Below, piece by piece: positions 28,070 to 36,899 of a DNA stretch of 64,000 bases; positions within the stretch are counted from its first letter, which is position 1, and every line of letters starts with the position of its first letter. Source of the DNA: a bacterium (GTDB taxonomy: Bacteria > Patescibacteriota > Minisyncoccia > Phycocordibacterales > Zambryskibacteraceae). The stretch covers positions 27-64,026 of the forward strand of contig JAHFOF010000001.1 of the NCBI GenBank assembly GCA_023266935.1. The letters are read 5' to 3'. The position numbers and the translations under genes are program-made. Under the pieces are notes generated by a model, which saw only the letters and a list, made by a program, of their open reading frames with translations, was not told the origin of the DNA and searched no databases.

Positions 28070-29049
28070 TATGAAAGTATATCATTAACTAATTTTGTAA
28101 TTTTATAAGCATCTCCGTGCTTAAGTAATCCTAAATAAGACTCAATGGTTTCCGGCTTAACATCTTCTTTCTTCAGATTCTTAAACATCCTCTTCTTAGT
28201 CGAAGTCCTCAATACTCTGTGGTTAAAAAAGTTCACCCAACCCAGAAAATCCACTCCTGAAGCAAGAGTTTTAATAAAAACCTTATCCGGGTGCAGTTGT
28301 AGTTTTAATTTATTATTTAAAAATTTATTTATTTCCACCAACAAATTCTCCAAATATTTCTTATCTTGAGACATAGTCACAAAATCATCGGCATATCGAA
28401 TATAATATTTCACCTTTAATTTATGCTTCAGATATTGATCAAATTCATTCATATGGATATTCACTAGAAGTTGAGAGGTTAAATTTCCTAATGGTAGGCC
28501 TGTATTTTCCTTTTCTGAACTAAAGCTTCTAATGATTCTTTCCAAAAGCCAGATGGTGTCTAGGTCTTTAATATGTTTCCTCAATATGGTTAGGAGTATT
28601 CGATGATCAATACTGGCAAAGAATTTCCTGATGTCACACTTCAGAATCCAACATTGCTTAGTATTATTTTTGGATACTTTATGTCCAAATACTCTAAATC
28701 TGTTTATCGCTCTATGTGTTCCTTTGTTTAGTCTGCAGGAATATGAATCATGGATAAACTTTTTGTCGAAATATGGATACAAAACTCTATATAAGCAATG
28801 ATGAAGTAATCTGTCTCGGACTAAAGCTTTGTGAATATTTCTTGGTTTTGGGTCTGAGATATTGAAGGCGTGGTAGGAGCTATGGATATAGGATTTATTT
28901 ACTAAATCTTCATGTAGTTGGAAGATGTTTGAAGAAAGGTTGTCAGCAAACAACATTACATCTTTTCTTTTGCGTTTACCTTTTAAAAACTCCCGCCAAG
29001 CATCCAATAGATTTTCGATTGATATGATATTCTCATACATATGTATCAA
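28069..29049 (-). CDS. diversity-generating retroelement reverse transcriptase
   Basis: LPLGNLTSQ (DGR-specific motif 4) and YIRYADDFV (YxDD); 326 aa; adjacent TR/VR pair. Confidence 0.9.
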   Translation of the reverse strand: MIHMYENIISIENLLDAWREFLKGKRKRKDVMLFADNLSSNIFQLHEDLVNKSYIHSSYHAFNISDPKPRNIHKALVRDRLLHHCLYRVLYPYFDKKFIHDSYSCRLNKGTHRAINRFRVFGHKVSKNNTKQCWILKCDIRKFFASIDHRILLTILRKHIKDLDTIWLLERIIRSFSSEKENTGLPLGNLTSQLLVNIHMNEFDQYLKHKLKVKYYIRYADDFVTMSQDKKYLENLLVEINKFLNNKLKLQLHPDKVFIKTLASGVDFLGWVNFFNHRVLRTSTKKRMFKNLKKEDVKPETIESYLGLLKHGDAYKITKLVNDILS

Positions 29050-29431
29050 TCTAATACTATCAGTACCCCCCCCCGCAAAAGTACCTGCGGTACTTTTTAG
29101 AACAAAAAATATATATTCAATTTGGTTAAATCTTTATAGAAAATTTCCTAAACCGGAGCGATTTGGTATCGGTGAAAAAATAGATATTTTGTTTCTTGAT
29201 ATTCTAGAACTCGTTTTTATATTTAAATTTGCCAAATTATTCGAGAAAATTTCATATACAGAATCAATTATTTTAATAATAGATAAATTAAAATTTTTTA
29301 TGGAAGTTGCTTGGGAGAATAAACTGATTTCAAGCAAGCAGTATAGTGAAATTCTGATAAAACTCGAAGAAATCGGAAAAGAGTTTGGTGGATGGAGAAA
29401 ATCATTAACAAAAACTCCTACCTTTCGATAG
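29024..29431 (+). CDS. Avd-like four-helix-bundle accessory protein (start uncertain)
   Basis: FPKPERFGIG...EEIGKEFGGWRKSL matches the Avd/23S-IVS four-helix-bundle family pattern (FPKEERYGL...EIGKML.GLIKSL); unusually on the opposite strand to the RT. Confidence 0.5.
   Translation: MIFSYICINLILSVPPPAKVPAVLFRTKNIYSIWLNLYRKFPKPERFGIGEKIDILFLDILELVFIFKFAKLFEKISYTESIILIIDKLKFFMEVAWENKLISSKQYSEILIKLEEIGKEFGGWRKSLTKTPTFR
29066..29074. repeat. homopolymeric C(9)/G(9) tract
   Basis: Nine consecutive C on the plus strand, between the RT start and inside the putative avd 5' region; followed by the hairpin at 29077..29097. Confidence 0.8.
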
Positions 29432-29449
29432 GAGAAACTACAATAGTAA

Positions 29450-29562
29450 CGAGAAACCACATGGTTGTCTGCATTCCACCTGTTCGGATTCTCGACGGAG
29501 TTCGCGTTCAAGTTCCAACCGTCGTTGTTGGCGTTCCAGTTCGCGTTCACAGCCCAGAGTCG
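29450..29562 (-). repeat. DGR template repeat (TR)
   Basis: 113 bp homologous to 29824..29936; every one of 21 mismatches is a minus-strand A in this copy. Confidence 0.88.
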
Positions 29563-29785
29563 TTTCGTGTGAGAAACCATCTATGCCACCATCCCTTGAA
29601 TACTCTCGGGGTTGAATTTTATTCGGCATCATAATGCCAGAGTATCTCACACCAACTATTTTTGTTTTTTGGTCGAAAAAATATCGACACTATCTGCCAC
29701 CCCAAACCTTGGTCGGGAATGCCAGCAGACTTGTTTTTATTATATATGAAAATGGGCACCCTTTCGGAATGCCCATTCGTCCATC

Positions 29786-29804
29786 ATCCCGCCCATGGCG
29801 GGAT
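29786..29804 (-). promoter_or_regulatory. GC hairpin flanking the VR 3' end
   Basis: ATCCCGCC-cat-GGCGGGAT, 8-bp stem, immediately after the target stop codon. Confidence 0.5.
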
Positions 29805-29816
29805 TTCAAGGGAACA

Positions 29817-30365
29817 TCAGTTGCGAGAAACCACACGGTCGCCCGCACCCCACCCGTGCGGATTCCCGACGGAGTTCGCGCGCAAGCCCCAACCGTCGCG
29901 GCCGGCGCTCCAGTCCGCGCGCACAGCCCAGAGTCGACCATCCTTACCACGAAGGTAAAAGATGAACCACTCGGTGCTCCCGCGGTTGTCCGCAAGGAAC
30001 TGCTTGAATTGGGATACCGATGTTTCCGCCTTGTCCCCCAGCTCGGTGAGGATGGGAGCATCGAGTGACGACTGCTCGAGCTTCCTTACAGCAAGCTCGG
30101 CCACATCGGTGACGGGAACTTCGAGGCCAAGGAACTGGCTCTCAAAATTGTTCCCGAACCACTTGGCCCCAGCTTCTGCAAAATACTGCTTCGAGGTGGT
30201 GACTGCCGGTTGGGCAGGCATCCTCACCGTGCGGAGAAGGGTGAGGAGGGTCTTGAAGACGATCTCGCCCTGACCACCGATAAAGCGAAGGAAGTTCTCC
30301 CAACCGCCCATACGGTTGATGCAAGCTTCCGTCTGCCCAGCGGTTACATCGTTGTACTTGGCCAT
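29817..30365 (-). CDS. DGR target protein (variable C-terminus)
   Basis: 182 aa; GC-rich; GGGGAG Shine-Dalgarno; last ~40 codons (RLWAVRADWSAGRDGWGLRANSVGNPHGWGAGDRVVSRN) overlie the VR; the TR-frame translation has Asn at the varied positions. Confidence 0.8.
   Translation of the reverse strand: MAKYNDVTAGQTEACINRMGGWENFLRFIGGQGEIVFKTLLTLLRTVRMPAQPAVTTSKQYFAEAGAKWFGNNFESQFLGLEVPVTDVAELAVRKLEQSSLDAPILTELGDKAETSVSQFKQFLADNRGSTEWFIFYLRGKDGRLWAVRADWSAGRDGWGLRANSVGNPHGWGAGDRVVSRN
29824..29936 (-). repeat. DGR variable repeat (VR)
   Basis: Copy with G or C where the TR has A (minus strand); lies inside the 3' end of the target gene. Confidence 0.88.
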
Positions 30366-30592
30366 TGTGTTCTCCCCAGCTCAAAGCTGAAGTCATCCCT
30401 CTATCCGAGGTTGTAGGAGCTTGGCAACCGAGTGTCGCCATAGCACTAGAGAAATAAAATTTACATCCCTAAGGCTATGGCGAATTGCAACTGATTTAAA
30501 TGAACTTTTAACTGTATATAGTATATACCTAAATTAGTAGTTTGTCAAATGATTCATGCCAAGGCCTTGCCTCGTCAGATTATAACCTTATT

Positions 30593-32260
30593 TTAAGGCT
30601 TTATTTCAATAATCCTTAATCGAAGCTCCGGGCGATTTCTAAAATATGATTTTTCAAGATGGGCAGTAATGGTGCAAGAGATGCCTGGTGTAGGAAGCAC
30701 AGAATAGGAAGTGGGGGAAGAAAAAAAGGAAATAGCTTTAATGTTTTTTCCTTCTTCGGTTGAGAAGGTTAATTCGAGGTGATTGTTTTCTTTACCAAAT
30801 TGTTTGGCTGATTTAATTTTTGCTTTTGGGATTTCAAAAATTGGTTTTGGATTCCCTGTGCCGAACGGACCGAAAGCGGAAATTGTTTCCCAAAGTGTTT
30901 CTCCGATATGACTAAGTTCTATGATTATATTTTTGTTTTCTCTCTGCACTTCTCTCTTTGAATTTTCTCTAACTTTATCTACAGCGAGTGATAATTGTTT
31001 TTCAAGAGTTGTAAGTTGTTCAAGGGTTACAGAAAACCCCCCTGCACCTGCATGTCCGCCGAATTCTAAAAATAATCCAGGCACTTCACTCATAAGCATG
31101 TGCAAATCTATATCATCTGTTGTTCTACACGAACCTTTGAGGATATTATCTCCGTCCCTCCCCCACACGAACACTGGACGGTTATATTCTTCGACAAGTG
31201 AGTTGGCCACGAGTCCAGCGAGTGATGGTCGCCATTCTGGATTGCCAACGACAATTACTTTTTTTATTTCCACACGTTCGGATAAATGTTTCTTGGCCTC
31301 TTTTACCAACGCAGCCACAGTTCCCTTGCGTTCATTGTTTATTTTCTCAAGGTGATCAGCGAGTCTGTCCGCTTCTAATAGATTAGTAGTAGAGAGTAGT
31401 TTGAAAGCATCTTCTGGTTTCCCCATCCTCGACGCCGCATTTATACGTGGAGTAATCATAAAGGCCACATCATCTTCGGTTAAAAATTTCTGCTCAATAT
31501 TTAATTTATTTAAAAGCCTTACCAATCCTGGTCGAGGAGATTTCCTCAAAACATCCAAACCAAATTTGGCCAGAATTCTATTTTCATCAACGAGAGGCAC
31601 CATGTCCGAAAGGGTGGCTATACCCACCATATCCAAAGACCATTTTTCTTGACCTTCTTTAATCCCAAAATTTTCCTTTTCCAAAATCGCTTGAACAAGT
31701 TTATAAGCGAGAGCTGCTCCGCATAATTCTTTAAATGGATACTTGGAATTTTTTAATTTTGGATTGACTATCGCATAGGCTTTGGGCAAATTTTCCTGCT
31801 TGCCCGTCAGAAGGGAGGGCTCGTGGTGGTCAGTAATTATCACATCCATCTTTTTCTTATTCGCATGAGCCACTTCTTTGATATCAGCCGTACCGCAATC
31901 AACTGTGATAATAAGTTTCGTGCCTCGTTCTGCGATCTCATCTACAGCTTCAGTATTCAAACCAAATCCTTCGTCGTGTCTATGAGGAATATAGAACGAA
32001 ATATTTTTATAATTCGCCCGATTAAAAAAGTCTGAAAGTACTACCGCCCCAGGAATTCCGTCCGCATCATAATCTGAAAATACGACGATGTGTTTATCAT
32101 TCTTCATTACTTCTATAACCCTATCTCTCGCTTTCCCCATATCAGGCAAAAGTAGTGGGTTATGAAGTTTTTTATAATCAGGTTGAAGAAATTCGTCTCT
32201 AGATTCCCCCACGAGACCTCGTTCAGACAGAAGAGCTTCGAAGATTTCAGGGAAGTTCAT
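30593..32260 (-). CDS. recJ: single-stranded-DNA-specific exonuclease RecJ
   Basis: DHH (DYDADG, ITDHH) and DHHA1 domains; 555 aa. Confidence 0.9.
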   Translation of the reverse strand: MNFPEIFEALLSERGLVGESRDEFLQPDYKKLHNPLLLPDMGKARDRVIEVMKNDKHIVVFSDYDADGIPGAVVLSDFFNRANYKNISFYIPHRHDEGFGLNTEAVDEIAERGTKLIITVDCGTADIKEVAHANKKKMDVIITDHHEPSLLTGKQENLPKAYAIVNPKLKNSKYPFKELCGAALAYKLVQAILEKENFGIKEGQEKWSLDMVGIATLSDMVPLVDENRILAKFGLDVLRKSPRPGLVRLLNKLNIEQKFLTEDDVAFMITPRINAASRMGKPEDAFKLLSTTNLLEADRLADHLEKINNERKGTVAALVKEAKKHLSERVEIKKVIVVGNPEWRPSLAGLVANSLVEEYNRPVFVWGRDGDNILKGSCRTTDDIDLHMLMSEVPGLFLEFGGHAGAGGFSVTLEQLTTLEKQLSLAVDKVRENSKREVQRENKNIIIELSHIGETLWETISAFGPFGTGNPKPIFEIPKAKIKSAKQFGKENNHLELTFSTEEGKNIKAISFFSSPTSYSVLPTPGISCTITAHLEKSYFRNRPELRLRIIEIKP

Positions 32261-32290
32261 GGGGCTAGTTTACCATGCTAGAATAGATTT

Positions 32291-33271
32291 ATGAGAAAAA
32301 AGCATCAAGGAGGTTTCATAGAAGGCCTTATTATGGCTCTCGGATTATTGGCCATATTTCTCCTCTTTATTTTGCCCAAAACTCCTCCCGGACCAACAAC
32401 AAATTTGCCCAGTTTATCTGGAAAGACATACCCCACAGAATATCAATCTCCTAATACGAATGAGCCAAATACAAATAATGTGGTGAAAAACTCATCCTTC
32501 TCAAACACGATATCTATCTATAGTGGCAATGCTCCATATTCGTATCAACCAGCTGATGAATATATCACCTTGACTAACAATAGTGATAAACCAATCACCC
32601 TTACTGGCTGGGCACTTCAAAATGCGAAGGGAGACAGAACCTACGTTCTGGGCGGATCAGTTCAAAGATATGTTTCAGATTCAGTAGTCATCCCCACAGG
32701 AGTTCATATTCTTTCCCCAACAGGAAATAACCAATTAGAAAACATTGTTTTGAAACCAAGTGAATCAGCCGTGGTGACAACTGGTTCGATTGGGGTTGTC
32801 ACTCCTTATAAAATTGTGAGTTTTAAGGAAAATCTCTGTACAGGATATATTCAAAATCTTCCAGATTATTCTTTCACTCCCCCACTTCAATCCAACTGTG
32901 TTTCGCCGAGGAACGAACCAGGTGTGAGAAACCTCGACACACAGTGTCAGGACTATATCTCCAGTATGTCGAGTTGTCATACTCCCAAATATGATACCGT
33001 CGATACACAAGGTCGAACAGCAGATAGACAAGGTAACACTTGCAACGGATGTGTGGATGGTAATAACACTCTGTCTAATTCTTGTATTTCCTTCATTAAA
33101 GCTCATTTCAGCTATCAAGGATGCTTGGCTTATCATCAGAATGACTCAAACTTTTCAAGTCGTAATTGGAGAATATATTTGAACAAGCAATGGGAACTGT
33201 GGGCCAAGAGTTATGAAACCATTTCTCTCTTTGATGCGTATGAAAAACTGGTTAATTATCAATCGTACTAG
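32291..33271 (+). CDS. membrane-anchored secreted Cys-rich protein with lamin-tail-like domain
   Basis: N-terminal TM; EYITLTNNSDKPITLTGWAL resembles the LTD motif; many Cys in the C-terminal half. Confidence 0.55.
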   Translation: MRKKHQGGFIEGLIMALGLLAIFLLFILPKTPPGPTTNLPSLSGKTYPTEYQSPNTNEPNTNNVVKNSSFSNTISIYSGNAPYSYQPADEYITLTNNSDKPITLTGWALQNAKGDRTYVLGGSVQRYVSDSVVIPTGVHILSPTGNNQLENIVLKPSESAVVTTGSIGVVTPYKIVSFKENLCTGYIQNLPDYSFTPPLQSNCVSPRNEPGVRNLDTQCQDYISSMSSCHTPKYDTVDTQGRTADRQGNTCNGCVDGNNTLSNSCISFIKAHFSYQGCLAYHQNDSNFSSRNWRIYLNKQWELWAKSYETISLFDAYEKLVNYQSY

Positions 33272-33295
33272 TTTCATTACCTCTTTCTAAATAAA

Positions 33296-33706
33296 ATGCA
33301 CGATCCAAATTGTATTTTTTGTAAGATTGCCAAGGGCGACATCCCTTCTCATAAAATTTATGAGGATGAAGATGTTTTTGCTTTTCTGGATATTGAACCA
33401 GTAAACATAGGTCACGCGTTGATTATCCCTAAAAAACATTATGTTTCGATGGAAGAAACACCCGACGAACTTCTATCAAAAGTATTCATCGTTTCCAAAA
33501 ATCTTCGCCCAAAAATTAAACAGGCTCTTGATGCCAACGTTGTTGCCCTTACAGTAATTGGTCTCCACGTTCCTCATTTCCATGTTCAATTAATCCCCAG
33601 ATTTAAAGACGATGGTCTTGGTGGTTTTTGGCCCACTAAAAAATATAAAGACTCGACCGAAGCAGAAACCACCGCAAATAAAATCCGCTCAGCTATATCC
33701 TCTTAA
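33296..33706 (+). CDS. HIT family hydrolase
   Basis: Histidine triad HVPHFHVQLIP. Confidence 0.85.
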   Translation: MHDPNCIFCKIAKGDIPSHKIYEDEDVFAFLDIEPVNIGHALIIPKKHYVSMEETPDELLSKVFIVSKNLRPKIKQALDANVVALTVIGLHVPHFHVQLIPRFKDDGLGGFWPTKKYKDSTEAETTANKIRSAISS

Positions 33707-34727
33707 GAGCTTCTATACCCACGAGTGTGCCGGTGGCCAGAAAATCTAACATCGCCCCTCCTCCAGTAGAAACAAAACTAAATTTATCCAACAAACCAAG
33801 TTCCTTTATAGCTGAAAGTGTATCTCCCCCACCAACAATCGTTTCTGCTTCAGAGTTCGCGATTAATTTAGCTAATTCAAGTGTCCCAGTTTTATAACTT
33901 TTCTCAAATTCTCCGAGAGGACCGTTCCATAAAATAAATTTTGAACTTTCAATTCTTAATTTTAAATTTTCAATCGTCTTTGGTCCTGCATCTTCTATTC
34001 GTGTCCCATCTAAAACAGTGTCTATCGGCAAAATGATTTTCCCTTCCTGAATTTTTTCTTTTAACCCAAAATCTCCATCTGATACTAATGAATCTCCCAC
34101 ATCTTGACCCATCGCTTTAAAAAAATTATTCGCCAGTGCTCCCCCAATAAAAATATCGTCAGCAATATTTAAAAATTTATCTATTAATGAAAGTTTGGTT
34201 TCAAACTTCGCTCCTCCAAGAATAAAAAGGAAGGGGTGTTTCGGATAAAAAGCATTAGAAAGTCGTTTTACTTCCTCATTAAATTGGAGCCCCGCAAATG
34301 AGGGCAAAAGTTTGGGCAAACCAACAATAGAAGCATATTCTCTGTGTGATTCTGAGAAAGCTTCGTTCACAAACAAATCTACTCCGGAGGCCAGTTTGAC
34401 CGCCAAGTCGCGCAAATTTTCTTTTTCTCCTTTCTCCATTCGCAAATTTGGAAGTAGCATTAAATCACTTGGTTCTATGAAAGTCAGCGGGAGAAAACCT
34501 TTGACATATTCGTATACAGTCTGCAGATTTTCTGATTCTGAATCATGATGACTAATTAAAATTATTTTCGCACCTGCTTTTTGTAAATATTCAATTGTCG
34601 GTAAGGTCTTTTTGATACGAAAATCATCTACTACTTTGCCATTTTCTATAGGGACGTTCCAATCCACACGGACCAAGACTGTTTTACCTTCAATATTTCC
34701 TGCTTCAAGGATAGTTTTGAAGTCCAT
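33693..34727 (-). CDS. pgk: phosphoglycerate kinase (short)
   Basis: N-terminal VLVRVDWNVP; Rossmann C-domain GGGDT... Confidence 0.85.
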   Translation of the reverse strand: MDFKTILEAGNIEGKTVLVRVDWNVPIENGKVVDDFRIKKTLPTIEYLQKAGAKIILISHHDSESENLQTVYEYVKGFLPLTFIEPSDLMLLPNLRMEKGEKENLRDLAVKLASGVDLFVNEAFSESHREYASIVGLPKLLPSFAGLQFNEEVKRLSNAFYPKHPFLFILGGAKFETKLSLIDKFLNIADDIFIGGALANNFFKAMGQDVGDSLVSDGDFGLKEKIQEGKIILPIDTVLDGTRIEDAGPKTIENLKLRIESSKFILWNGPLGEFEKSYKTGTLELAKLIANSEAETIVGGGDTLSAIKELGLLDKFSFVSTGGGAMLDFLATGTLVGIEALKRI

Positions 34728-34728
34728 A

Positions 34729-35493
34729 TTATTTTTTTAATAAAGCTTGGGCAATTTTTCCAAAATTTTCTGGATCGAGTGACGCCTGACCAACCAAAAA
34801 ACCATTAATACCTGTTCGTACCAAACCTTCAACTCCACTTTTTTCTACTGAACCTCCATAAAGGATAGGAATCTTGTCGGCCGTTTTTCTATCATAGATG
34901 TCCGTCAAAACTTTTCTAATAAAAATAATCATTTGGGCTAAATCTTCTGGGGCCATCGCATATTTCGCTCCTTTGTCTATAGCCCAAACTGGTTCATAAG
35001 CCACAACTAGCTTTGTTGCATTTTCTTTTTTCTTTATACCACCAAGAGATAGTCGAATTTGGTGTCTAATGAATTCTAAAAATTCTCCTTCTCTATCCCT
35101 TTCATTCTCCCCCACACAAACCAAAGGGGTAATCCCCGCTTTTAAAGCTACTTTTATTTTTTCTGTCACTTCTTCATTGGTTTCCCCAAGGGCTCTGCGG
35201 TCAGAGTGACCAATAATAGAAAGCCGAACACCGAAACCCTGTAGAATATCTACCTCTACTGCTCCAGTCGTGGTCTTTTTGCCTATAGAAATGTCTTGGG
35301 AAGCTAATTTTGAGAAAGTTTTTGTTTTTTTGGATACAGACTCAAAATATGCAAGCGGTGGAGCAATGAAAGTGTTGAGTTTTTTATAAACATCGGATTT
35401 TTTAGAGAAACCCTTAAGTATTTCATTCGCTTTCCCAAGTGAATCTGGACGGTTTTTCCAATTTGCAACCAATATCGGTTTTGTCATTCTCAC
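34729..35493 (-). CDS. tpiA: triosephosphate isomerase
   Basis: VANWKN, VAYEPVWAI, GGSV motifs. Confidence 0.85.
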   Translation of the reverse strand: MRMTKPILVANWKNRPDSLGKANEILKGFSKKSDVYKKLNTFIAPPLAYFESVSKKTKTFSKLASQDISIGKKTTTGAVEVDILQGFGVRLSIIGHSDRRALGETNEEVTEKIKVALKAGITPLVCVGENERDREGEFLEFIRHQIRLSLGGIKKKENATKLVVAYEPVWAIDKGAKYAMAPEDLAQMIIFIRKVLTDIYDRKTADKIPILYGGSVEKSGVEGLVRTGINGFLVGQASLDPENFGKIAQALLKK

Positions 35494-35523
35494 TATTATA
35501 GCAAACTAGACCAACTAACGTCT

Positions 35524-36039
35524 TTATTTCTTCTGAACGACCATTATGTGAACGGTGGTTTGCTTATTCTGAACTGAAACAAGAACAGAGAGTTCCTGCC
35601 CTCCTTTTTCTCCATATAAAGTTCCTTGGGCTTGAACACTTTCTTCTTTTTTAAGTTGAAAACCATCTTTAATCATAAAATCACTATATTCTTTCCATTT
35701 TTGAACAACTGTTTTCTGACTTGTGTAACCAACTGTATATTGAACATACCCTGCGTTCCTGTATTCGGTATTATAGCTTTCAAAAATGTTTGAAAGTTCA
35801 ACAGGAATGGTGTTAGGAAATCCCGTGGGAAGGTTCAGGGCAGAAGTTGAGGTGCTCTGACTCGACTGATTAACGACAACATCGCTTACTGGTGCAGAGT
35901 TAACTATTGGTGCAGGGGCAGAAATGAGGGTTGGGGCAACATAAATCTTTGTGCTGGTATACCAAAAATATCCGCCGATAAACAAAACAAGGATAAGAAG
36001 CCCGAGCAGTCCTCCTTCAACTTTTTGTTTTTGATCCAT
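35524..36039 (-). CDS. membrane-anchored hypothetical protein
   Basis: N-terminal TM; Ser/Thr-rich linker. Confidence 0.45.
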   Translation of the reverse strand: MDQKQKVEGGLLGLLILVLFIGGYFWYTSTKIYVAPTLISAPAPIVNSAPVSDVVVNQSSQSTSTSALNLPTGFPNTIPVELSNIFESYNTEYRNAGYVQYTVGYTSQKTVVQKWKEYSDFMIKDGFQLKKEESVQAQGTLYGEKGGQELSVLVSVQNKQTTVHIMVVQKK

Positions 36040-36119
36040 AGATTTAAAGAAAAGATAAGTTTCTATTTAACTTTTCAAATTATATCATGTATATAGTCTC
36101 ATTGTGGTAGCATTAGTTT

Positions 36120-36899
36120 ATGGCAAAAGATTTTTCTATCATTAGCTGGAACGTAAACGGCCTACGAGCAGTGCACAAAAAAGGTGCTTTCGATCAAATT
36201 CTCGAAGAAAAACCTGACATTTTGTGCATTCAGGAAACGAAAAGCTTGCCAGAACAACTTCCCGAAGAAGCTCGCTCTCCTGTTGGTTATCACTCTTATT
36301 TTCACTTCCCTGTCATAAAGAAGGGCTACAGTGGTGTAGCCATATATTCTAAAGAAGAACCACAAGGAGTCGTGAATGACCTTGGGATAAAAGAGATGGA
36401 CCAAGAAGGACGCTTAATCGTGGCTCATTATAAGGACTTTTCTCTTATTAATATCTATTTCCCTAATGGTGGAGGTGCTCCGGAGAGATTACACTATAAG
36501 CTTGATTTTTATGATCATTTTCTTGAATTTGTGGACAAATTACATAAAAAACAACCTAATATTGTGTTTTGCGGAGATGTAAATGTGGCACATACAGCCA
36601 TCGATCTCGCCAGACCGAAAGAGAACGAAACTCATGTTGGGTTTTTACCCATTGAGCGAGCTTGGATGGACAAACTAATTTCTCATGGTTGGACAGATGT
36701 TTTTAGACATTTTTATCCAAAGAAAATTGAGGCTTATACATACTGGGATATGAAAACTTTTGCTCGAGAAAGAAATGTTGGATGGAGAATTGATTATTTT
36801 TTTGCTTCTCCAGAAATGCTAAAAAAAATTAAAGATATAAAAATACTTGACAACATTTTAGGTTCAGACCACTGCCCTATCAAAATAACCCTTAAATAG
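36120..36899 (+). CDS. xth: exodeoxyribonuclease III (AP endonuclease)
   Basis: SWNVNGLRA start; EEP-fold catalytic residues; ends ..GSDHCPI. Confidence 0.9.
   Translation: MAKDFSIISWNVNGLRAVHKKGAFDQILEEKPDILCIQETKSLPEQLPEEARSPVGYHSYFHFPVIKKGYSGVAIYSKEEPQGVVNDLGIKEMDQEGRLIVAHYKDFSLINIYFPNGGGAPERLHYKLDFYDHFLEFVDKLHKKQPNIVFCGDVNVAHTAIDLARPKENETHVGFLPIERAWMDKLISHGWTDVFRHFYPKKIEAYTYWDMKTFARERNVGWRIDYFFASPEMLKKIKDIKILDNILGSDHCPIKITLK

Noticed and set aside
29134-29580. Six-frame ORF 29134..29580 (-), 148 aa, beginning MVSHTKRLWAVNANWNANNDGW
   Set aside because: This is the TR read in the target frame, with Asn-rich AAC codons, running on into AT-rich non-coding sequence. It is a template repeat, not a gene.
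29392-30441. Multiple overlapping ORFs on both strands at 29392..30441 (for example 29634..30068+, 29662..29958+, 29690..30061-, 29962..30273+, 30142..30441-)
   Set aside because: These are artefacts of high GC content in the TR/VR/target region. Only 29817..30365 (-) has a Shine-Dalgarno site, coherent protein-like composition and the VR at its 3' end.
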